Source of the DNA: Acidimicrobiia bacterium
GTDB taxonomy: Bacteria > Actinomycetota > Acidimicrobiia > IMCC26256 > PALSA-610
DNA length: 64,000 nt
Reading direction: 5' to 3'
NCBI GenBank assembly: GCA_038323195.1
Contig: JBBQGQ010000017.1
Span: forward strand, 5 to 64,004
Below, piece after piece: positions 18,644 to 25,409 of this stretch. The number at the start of each line of letters is the position of its first letter. Position 1 is the first letter of the stretch. Under the pieces are notes generated by a model, which did no database searches, was not told the origin of the DNA, and worked only from the letters and a program-made list of their open reading frames with translations. A program made the translations under genes and the position numbers.

Positions 18644-19383
18644 CCAATGTGATCCTGGCGGTCGAGACGGTTGCGCTCGTCCTGCTCACGCTGCTCGTCG
18701 CCGGTCTGCTGCGCAGCCACGCCGAGATCCTCCGCCGACTGCACGCGCTCGGCGCCGGGCTCGACCCCGACGCCCGGGATGCGGGGCCGGCGCCCGCGAC
18801 CGCGCGCCCCGAAGGTCTGCGATCCGGCGGAACCGAAGCCTTCGCCGAAGCTTCCGATCTCGACGGCGCGGGATTGCACGACGACGCGATGCACGTGTCG
18901 GTCGTCGGAGCCCGTCGGCGCACGCTGCTCGCCTTCTTGTCGAGCGGATGTTCCACCTGCCAGCGCTTCTGGGAGGCGTTCGCCGACCCGCTCGGGCTCG
19001 GTCTCTCGGACGCCACCCGGCTCGTCGTCGTGACCAAGGACGGTCGGGAGGAGAGCATCTCGGCGCTGCGAAGGCTGGCGCCTCCCGACGTGCCGGTCGT
19101 GATGTCGAGCGCGGCGTGGACCGACTACCGCGTTCCGGGTTCGCCGTATTTCGTGCTCGTCGACGGGCCCGACGGTCGCGTGCAGGGCGAGGGAACCGGC
19201 GCGAACTGGGCTCAGGTGAAGAATCTCCTGCGCCAGGCGGCCGACGACGCGATGGACGTGGGCGGCGGCGGCGCCGGGCGCGAGGTGCGCATCGACCGTG
19301 AGCTCCTCGCGCACGGTGTCGCACCGGGAGATCCGAGCCTGTACCGCACGGCCGCGCAGATCGCCGGGGAATCGCGCGCGTGA
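18640..19383 (+). CDS. Membrane-anchored thioredoxin-fold protein (MauD/TlpA-like), CSTC active site
   Basis: ATGA overlap at 18640. N-terminal TM helix VILAVETVALVLLTLLVAGLL, then LLAFLSSGCSTCQRFW and VPGSPYFVLVD. Confidence 0.7.
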   Translation: MTNVILAVETVALVLLTLLVAGLLRSHAEILRRLHALGAGLDPDARDAGPAPATARPEGLRSGGTEAFAEASDLDGAGLHDDAMHVSVVGARRRTLLAFLSSGCSTCQRFWEAFADPLGLGLSDATRLVVVTKDGREESISALRRLAPPDVPVVMSSAAWTDYRVPGSPYFVLVDGPDGRVQGEGTGANWAQVKNLLRQAADDAMDVGGGGAGREVRIDRELLAHGVAPGDPSLYRTAAQIAGESRA

Positions 19384-19463
19384 ACCCCGCAGTTGTCGTC
19401 GTCGGGTGCGTGCTCGCCGCGCTGGCCGCGGTTCGCAGCGCCTGGTCACCCTGAGGAGAGTCG

Positions 19464-20057
19464 ATGCTCGCGAGCATCAATCCGCTCGGGGAGCGGGCCC
19501 GCAACCAGCGCTATACGACGACCGTCGCGGCCTACATCGTCGGCTCGACGGTCGCGGGCGCGATCCTTGGTGGCGTCCTCGGGTTCGTCGGCGCGCCCGT
19601 CGCGGGTCCGGAGGTCGCGCTCACCGCCGTCGCGCTGCTGGCCGCGGCGGGGATCCTGTTCGACGGTCGCCGGTTGGGAACGCGCGTGCCCGGGCCCCGG
19701 CGCCAGGTCGATGAGAACTGGCTCGTCACGTATCGCGGGTGGGTGTACGGCGCAGGGTTCGGTGTGCAGGTCGGGCTCGCGCTCGTGACCATCGTGACCG
19801 CGTCGGCAACGTGGGTCGCGTTCGGGTGCGCGCTGTTCTGCGCGAGCGCGCCTGCCGGTGCAGTGATCGGCGCGACTTTCGGACTTTCCCGCGCGCTCCC
19901 GATCCTTGCCGCCGCGCGCGTACGAGATCCGTCGAACCTGCGGCGGCTCGTACGCCGGCTGGAAGGGATGCGGCCGCGCGTCGCCGTCACGACGACGGCG
20001 GTCCAGGGAGCGGCCGCCGTCGGTCTGGTCGCGCTCGCGGTCGCGAAGGCGGCATGA
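19464..20057 (+). CDS. Integral membrane protein (about 5 TM), family not recognised
   Basis: 197-aa ORF with a GAGGAG SD upstream. Its hydrophobic segments alternate with basic loops. Confidence 0.65.
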   Translation: MLASINPLGERARNQRYTTTVAAYIVGSTVAGAILGGVLGFVGAPVAGPEVALTAVALLAAAGILFDGRRLGTRVPGPRRQVDENWLVTYRGWVYGAGFGVQVGLALVTIVTASATWVAFGCALFCASAPAGAVIGATFGLSRALPILAAARVRDPSNLRRLVRRLEGMRPRVAVTTTAVQGAAAVGLVALAVAKAA

Positions 20058-20506
20058 GAACACTCGCCGCGCACGGTCTTGCGCTCGCGTTGCCGTCCGG
20101 CTGGGAGGGGCGAATCCACCGCCGGACCGCCGCGGTGGCGGCCGAGCGGACCCATGCGGTGGTGCACCTCGCGAACTTCGCGTTGCCGGAACAGCGCGAC
20201 GACTTCGGTGGGAGTGTCACGCCCGCGATGCGGTCGCCCGACGTCTTCGTCACGTTGTTCGAGTACGGGGCCGGTTCACTCGGAACGCCGCTGTTCGCGC
20301 GCCAGGGTGTGCCGAGGGTCAGCGCCGACCTGTTCGGCTCGAAGCGCCTGCAACGGCCGCTTCCGGGCCAGCTCGGCTGCCAGCAGTTCTTCACGGCCAA
20401 CGGCCGGCCGTTCTGTCTCTACGTGGTCGCGGGGAGTCGCGCCCACCTGCCCGGCATCATCGCCGAGGTCAACGCGGTGCTCGCCGACCTTCGGGTACAG
20501 CCGTGA
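20054..20506 (+). CDS. Hypothetical soluble protein (150 aa), family not recognised
   Basis: ATGA overlap at 20054. It lies in the frame of ORF 19739..20506 (MRTLAAHGLALALPSGWEGR...). Coding-like composition and coupling on both sides. Confidence 0.55.
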   Translation: MRTLAAHGLALALPSGWEGRIHRRTAAVAAERTHAVVHLANFALPEQRDDFGGSVTPAMRSPDVFVTLFEYGAGSLGTPLFARQGVPRVSADLFGSKRLQRPLPGQLGCQQFFTANGRPFCLYVVAGSRAHLPGIIAEVNAVLADLRVQP

Positions 20507-20508
20507 CA

Positions 20509-21882
20509 ATGACCGAGCCGCGAGCGCGTCTCGGCGACCGCGTCGTCGCAGGTCTGACGAAGCGCATCGGTCGTGGCGTCACGCGGCGCGGCTTCCTGGT
20601 CCGCACCGCCGTCTTCGGCTCTGCACTTGCCGTCAATCCCCTGCGATATCTGTTGCGACCGGGCTCGGCGTACGCGTCGCTGTGCGGACCCGACACGTCG
20701 TGCACGTCGGGATGGACCGCGTTCTGTTGCACCGTCAATGGCGGCGAGAACACGTGCCCACCGGGATCGGTGCCGGCGGGGTGGTGGAAGGCCGACAACT
20801 CGGCGTTCTGTCATTCGGGGCCTCGCTACTACATCGATTGCAACGCGTCCTGCGGCAGCTGTGGATGTGGCAGCAGCGGCGTGTGTGGCCCCGAGTGCGC
20901 GGGGTGCAACTGCCACTGCGCGTCGGGCACCTGCGACGAGCGGTTCACGTGCTGCAACGAGTTCCGGTACGGGCAGTGCCATCAGGATCTCGCGTGTGTC
21001 GGGCCGATCGTGTGCCGCGTGGTCACGTGCGTCGCGCCCTGGGACTTCGACGCCACGTGCACGACGACGAGTGCGACTTCGAATGCGACCGCGCTTCACG
21101 ACGCCCCGTGCCTGCACGAATTCAGCTCGTCGGTGCTCGCGTTCGGTGCGGCGGCCGACCATGGCGAGCCGGTCGGGCCCCTGCAGCAGCCGGTCGTCGG
21201 GATCGAGGCCACACGTACCGGAGGCGGCTACTGGTTGGTCGCGTCGGATGGTGGTGTGTTCTGTTTCGGTGACGCACGTTTCCTCGGCTCGATGGGCGGT
21301 CAGCGGCTGAACCGCCCGATCGTCGACATCGCGCGTACTCCGACGGGCCTCGGCTACTGGTTGGTCGCGTCGGATGGTGGTGTGTTCTGTTTCGGTGACG
21401 CGCGCTTCCTGGGCTCGATGGGTGGTGAGCGCCTGAACCGCCCGATCGTGGGGATGGCGGCCTCCGCGACGGGCCCGGGTTATTGGCTGGTCGCGTCGGA
21501 TGGTGGTGTGTTCTGTTTCGGTGACGCGCGTTTCCTGGGTTCGATGGGTGGTGAGCGCCTGAACCGCCCGATCGTGGGGATGGCCGCGTCGGCGACCGGC
21601 CGCGGTTATTGGTTGGTCGCGTCGGATGGTGGTGTGTTCTGTTTCGGCGACGCGCGCTTCGCGGGCTCGACGGTCGACATCGCGCTCAACCGGCCGATCG
21701 TCGGAATCGCCGCCACCCCGAGCGGCGCAGGATATTGGTTCCTCGCCGCCGACGGCGGGATCTCGGCCTTCGGCGACGCGCGCTACATGGGCAGCGCGAA
21801 CAACCGAGTCCACGCCGGCGATGCCACCGATATCGCCGGGCGGACGGATGGTCGCGGCTACTGGATCGCGACCGATACCTAG
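20509..21882 (+). CDS. Tat-signal protein: 24-Cys MauA-like domain fused to a six-blade 42-residue-repeat propeller
   Basis: Lies in the frame of ORF 19906..21882. The start is ATG 20509, or GTG 20503 which overlaps the upstream TGA. Twin-arginine motif TRRGFLVRTAVFGSALA. The Cys-rich domain spans residues 59-201 and includes CC..NGG...CPPG. It is followed by repeats P.VG.A....G.GYWLVASDGGVF.FGDA.F.GS. Confidence 0.8.
   Translation: MTEPRARLGDRVVAGLTKRIGRGVTRRGFLVRTAVFGSALAVNPLRYLLRPGSAYASLCGPDTSCTSGWTAFCCTVNGGENTCPPGSVPAGWWKADNSAFCHSGPRYYIDCNASCGSCGCGSSGVCGPECAGCNCHCASGTCDERFTCCNEFRYGQCHQDLACVGPIVCRVVTCVAPWDFDATCTTTSATSNATALHDAPCLHEFSSSVLAFGAAADHGEPVGPLQQPVVGIEATRTGGGYWLVASDGGVFCFGDARFLGSMGGQRLNRPIVDIARTPTGLGYWLVASDGGVFCFGDARFLGSMGGERLNRPIVGMAASATGPGYWLVASDGGVFCFGDARFLGSMGGERLNRPIVGMAASATGRGYWLVASDGGVFCFGDARFAGSTVDIALNRPIVGIAATPSGAGYWFLAADGGISAFGDARYMGSANNRVHAGDATDIAGRTDGRGYWIATDT
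21190..21879 (+). repeat. In-frame 126-bp tandem repeats: four near-identical, then one degenerate and one partial
   Basis: The core tactggttggtcgcgtcggatggtggtgtgttctgtttcggtgacgc recurs at 21226, 21352, 21478 and 21604 with only a few substitutions. Confidence 0.9.
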
Positions 21883-21913
21883 TGCCGTGTCAGCGGCCTT
21901 GTCGATGTCGGCC

Positions 21914-21935
21914 GGTGTCGGTGTCGGTGTCGGTG
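21914..21935. repeat. (GGTGTC) hexamer microsatellite, about 3.7 copies
   Basis: Direct reading. It is intergenic, just downstream of the stop at 21882. Confidence 0.85.
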
Positions 21936-21971
21936 AAGTAGCGTCCGCGTGACCCAGCGGAGGGAACGTCG

Positions 21972-22559
21972 ATGGAACAGAACGCAACCGACCAGGTCGC
22001 AACCCTGGATTTTGCCCTCCAGGCGCTGCAAGGGCAGATCGTCGTCTTGGCGGACGAGCAGATGGAGATCGTCTCGAACTGCGAACCCTGGACGGTCCGC
22101 CGGCTGGCCAGCCATGCGTTGAACAACCAATTGTTCTGGGCCGGCACCGTCACCGGAGAGGAAACGGTCTCGTTCGAGGCGACGATGGGCGCGGAGCCCT
22201 ACACCGGCGACCTCGCGCAATTCGCGGGCGAAGTCGCGCGCCGAGCCCTCGACATGTGGAGCACCGACGGCGTCTTCGACTCAAACCACGTCACGCCCCT
22301 CGGCGAGCTCCCGGGAACGGTGGTAATCAACTTCGCCATCATCGACGCTCTGTGTCACGCGTGGGATCTCGGTGCCAGCGTCGGTGCCCCGATCGAGTTT
22401 CCGCCGGACATGATTCCGACGATCGAGCTGGTGGTCGCGGCAACCTGCACCGACGCAGCACGCGACCATGACCTCATCAAGCCGGTACCGCCGACCCCAG
22501 CGGACGCCACCGCCACCGAACACCTCATGGCCTTGGCGGGTCGCGCCATTCCTCGCTGA
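21972..22559 (+). CDS. DinB-like / mycothiol-dependent maleylpyruvate isomerase N-terminal family (TIGR03086-like)
   Basis: CEPWTVRRLASHALNNQLFWAG and IIDALCHAWDLG. GGAGGG SD upstream. Confidence 0.7.
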   Translation: MEQNATDQVATLDFALQALQGQIVVLADEQMEIVSNCEPWTVRRLASHALNNQLFWAGTVTGEETVSFEATMGAEPYTGDLAQFAGEVARRALDMWSTDGVFDSNHVTPLGELPGTVVINFAIIDALCHAWDLGASVGAPIEFPPDMIPTIELVVAATCTDAARDHDLIKPVPPTPADATATEHLMALAGRAIPR

Positions 22560-22585
22560 CCGAACGACCTCGACGATCTGTACGG

Positions 22586-23358
22586 GTGGCGAAGATGGTT
22601 CGGCGGCGCCACGAACCTGACGATGATGCACTGTTCGCGCTCTTCGGTGCGATCGCTTCACATGATGACCTCGACATTGCGCGACGGCTGGACTCATCGC
22701 GCGATCTTGCAATCTGTTCGATTCGCATCGGGGCGAGCCGCCAAGATGCCGACACGTACTTCCTTGGTCCGATTCGTCATTACGTCTACGTGGGCGACAC
22801 CGCGCTGCACATCGCTGCTGCCGCGCATCGACGAGAACTCGCCGAGTCGCTCGTCACGAGAGGTGCTGACGTTCGCGCTCGTAACCGAAGGGGAGCTGAA
22901 CCGCTCCACTACGCCGCAGACGGGAGTCCCGGCGCGCAGCTCCGGGACCGGATTGCACAGCGTGACGTGATCACATATCTCATCGAAGCAGGCGCCGACC
23001 CGAACGCGTTGGACAAGAGTGGCGTGGCTCCGCTCCATCGAGCCGTTCGGACCCGTTGCTCGGATGCGGTCAGCGCCCTGATCGACGGCGGTGCGAATCC
23101 GCAACTGATGAACAAGCACGGTTCGACCCCGCTGCATCTCGCTGTTCAGAACACGGGCAAGAGCAACTCCGGCTCGCAAGCGGCGAGAGACGAACAGGGC
23201 CGGATCATCGTCTTGCTACTCGGACACGGCGCGAGTGCCACCGATACCGATGCGACGGCAAGACCGTCGCGGCCGCGGCAACCAGCGTCTGGATCCGTGA
23301 TCTGCTCGGCACCCCGGACGGCACTACGTCGCACCGGAAACTCGACAAGGGCCGCTGA
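22586..23358 (+). pseudogene. Ankyrin-repeat protein with an apparent 1-nt frameshift near 23255
   Basis: ANK repeats (GDTALHIAAAAHRRELAESLVTRGADVRARN, GVAPLHRAV, GSTPLHLAVQ). After ...GHGASATDTDA the frame of ORF 22586 turns into an R/P/S-rich tail. The natural continuation DGKTVAAAATSVWIRDLLG...* is in the frame of ORF 23056..23358. Confidence 0.6.
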
Positions 23359-23775
23359 CGCGCCAAGCAGACTCTCCGCCGCCATAACTGCCGTTGGGCC
23401 CTCGCATAACCGATCCAGAGCGAAGCCTGTTTGTGTCAAGAGCCTTGTTGGGGGCGGTGTTTGCGCGCGTTGGGTGGTGCCCGTGACATGACGCGTTGTC
23501 GGTTCTAGCCTTGTGGGTGGGTCCGGGAATGGCTGTTCCAGCAGCCAACCCCCTATGCCTAGTGAGCATTCTCGGGCGAGGCGGTCATGAGATGTCGGGT
23601 CGTATCGCCCCTCGCATCAGCGTCCCAGAGTGGGCATCTGTGCGCGCGGGGTTCCTGATGGGTGAACGGGTTCGAGCGCGTCGTTACCTGCGACGGACAA
23701 GATGTGCCCGCGGCCGTTTCTCCAAATGGGTCGTTGTCGAACCGACCCTCCGGGTCAGCTCGGGGCCGTCGTCGG

Positions 23776-24165
23776 TCAGTCACGCGTGACGAGGGCGTCT
23801 CGGATCTCTCGGAGCAGCATGACCTGCTCGTCGGGTTCGTCGCCCGCGTCTTCCTCACCAGCGGCCCGTTTGCGGTTCTGGTACGAGTCGTAGACCTTCA
23901 CGATCAAGAAGAGCACCAGGCCCGTGATCACGAGGTTGACGACCGTGTTGATGAACGAGCCGTACTGGATCACACCCTTGCCAATCTTGAGGGTGTTCGA
24001 GAACTCGGGCTTCCCGACAATCGCGCCGATGATCGGGTTGATGATGAACGAGACGAAGTCATCGATGACCTTCTTCGTCAAGCCGCCCATGACGAACGCA
24101 ACCGCGAGCATCAACACGTTGCCGGTCATGATGAACGCGACGAACTCTTTCCAAAGCTTCTTCAC
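23776..24165 (-). CDS. mscL: Large-conductance mechanosensitive channel MscL
   Basis: VKKLWKEFVAFIMTGNVLMLAVAFVMGGLTKKVIDDFVSFIINPIIG is a classic MscL N-terminus. The GTG start at 24165 is preceded by AGGAG. The longer ORF reaching 24312 is an upstream extension. Confidence 0.9.
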   Translation of the reverse strand: MKKLWKEFVAFIMTGNVLMLAVAFVMGGLTKKVIDDFVSFIINPIIGAIVGKPEFSNTLKIGKGVIQYGSFINTVVNLVITGLVLFLIVKVYDSYQNRKRAAGEEDAGDEPDEQVMLLREIRDALVTRD

Positions 24166-24529
24166 CGTGCCACTCCTCGCTGTAGGCGGACGGAGTAGAC
24201 CTATACGCCGAACGGGACCTGCACAAGCACGAGCCGCCGCAAAGGGATCGCTGGATGGTGCTGGCCGATCCCGAAGCCGACGAGTCTTGCGTCTTCCCAC
24301 AGGGACAGCCATAGCGCCCTAGCTGTACTGCCGATCGGTGTTCGCCACAGCCGATCCAGATCGGGGAATTCGGCTAGGCGGGAGCGTTGAAGTTGTTGTC
24401 GAGGACTGGCACGAGACGGTTGAAGACGTCGTTGTTGGGAAAGGGGCCCGGGCGGGTCTGGAATGACGTATGCGGTCTACGGTCCCGTCGTAGGGCGGCC
24501 GTGGTCCATCGTCGGCAATCAGCCCCCCG

Positions 24530-24907
24530 TCATGTCGACGATGTCGTGGAGATACCGCACTTGTCCTTCAGGTATGTCGCGATGTGGGTGCTCGCCGACT
24601 GGATCTTTGCCGAATCGGCCTGCAGCGACGCGTAATCCTTGTTCACAATCTTGGTGAACGCGTCGGACAACGTCTGCATGTCGGCCTTGATCTCGCTCGG
24701 CGAATTGCCAGCGAGCTTCTTGAAGTCGGTCGCCGCCTGGTTCACGTTCGGGGCTTTCGTGACGTCAAAATTTGCGCCGTACTTAGCCTGAAGGCCCTTG
24801 GCCGAGTTGCAAAACGACGACGCGCTGCCCCCACCGCCTCCGCAGCCCGCGAGCACCAGCGCAACCGCGCACGTCAATCCCGTCAACGTCGAGCTTCGCT
24901 TCCCCAT
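24530..24907 (-). CDS. Hypothetical lipoprotein
   Basis: MGKRSSTLTGLTCAVALVLAGCGGGGGS contains a lipobox. The start was moved to ATG 24907. Confidence 0.6.
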   Translation of the reverse strand: MGKRSSTLTGLTCAVALVLAGCGGGGGSASSFCNSAKGLQAKYGANFDVTKAPNVNQAATDFKKLAGNSPSEIKADMQTLSDAFTKIVNKDYASLQADSAKIQSASTHIATYLKDKCGISTTSST

Positions 24908-25290
24908 GGGAGACCCCCGTTTGCGCGACCGGACGGCCGCGGTGAGGTCATTCTGACCCGTGGCGACGGCGGAAACGTCGACCTCGCGACAGATGCCGCC
25001 GCTCAGGCGACAAAGCGCCACCCCACAACGCGGGCCTAAGGGTGAGACGGCAGCGTCCTCCGTAAGGCTCGCGTCTCGTCGCGACCTCAAGAGGCTGTTC
25101 AGCAGGCCTCAGCTCGGGGCTTGATGGTGAGCCCAAATCTGCCGATCGGTACTCGCCGCTGATGCGCAAAACCGAGCAGAACGGGCGCACATAACGCGAC
25201 CGTTGTGGCTGGGCACCGAACCGTGTCCGGGAAGTACGCAAACGTTGCCTGACCGGGCACTTGCTCTGATTCCGTGGGCTCTCGTTCCCT

Positions 25291-25342
<52 letters not shown>

Positions 25343-25397
25343 ACGGCCCACGCGCCCGACCCGCGGATCGGCTGATCGTCCTCACCCGCGTCCTCGC

Positions 25398-25403
25398 TAG
25401 GGT
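25398..25403 (+). promoter_or_regulatory. -10-like TAGGGT box 6 nt upstream of ATG 25410 (candidate leaderless promoter)
   Basis: Reads TAGGGT-cggagc-ATG. The GGAG is too close to the ATG to work as an SD. Confidence 0.3.
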
Positions 25404-25409
25404 CGGAGC

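Noticed and set aside
21190-21879. Regularly spaced near-identical repeats as a possible CRISPR array
   Set aside because: The period is 126 bp with no unique spacers. The repeats are contiguous, in frame and encode a conserved 42-residue protein repeat. No cas genes are present.
20419-22002. 527-aa minus-strand ORF across the repeat region
   Set aside because: It is antisense to the Tat-signal/propeller gene. Its internal repeats only mirror the 126-bp coding repeats of the plus strand.
23640-23700. tRNA-like T-arm word gggttcgag in the 23359-23775 gap
   Set aside because: The flanking bases do not form a T-stem, an acceptor stem or an anticodon arm. I could not fold a cloverleaf.
24908-25100. 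Possible riboswitch (for example the cyclic-di-AMP/ydaO type) in the long leader of the lipoprotein gene
   Set aside because: Only vague G-rich words (ACGGGGG, GTGGGGTGG) are present. I could not reconstruct the conserved helices, so the region is left as an unassigned non-coding gap.
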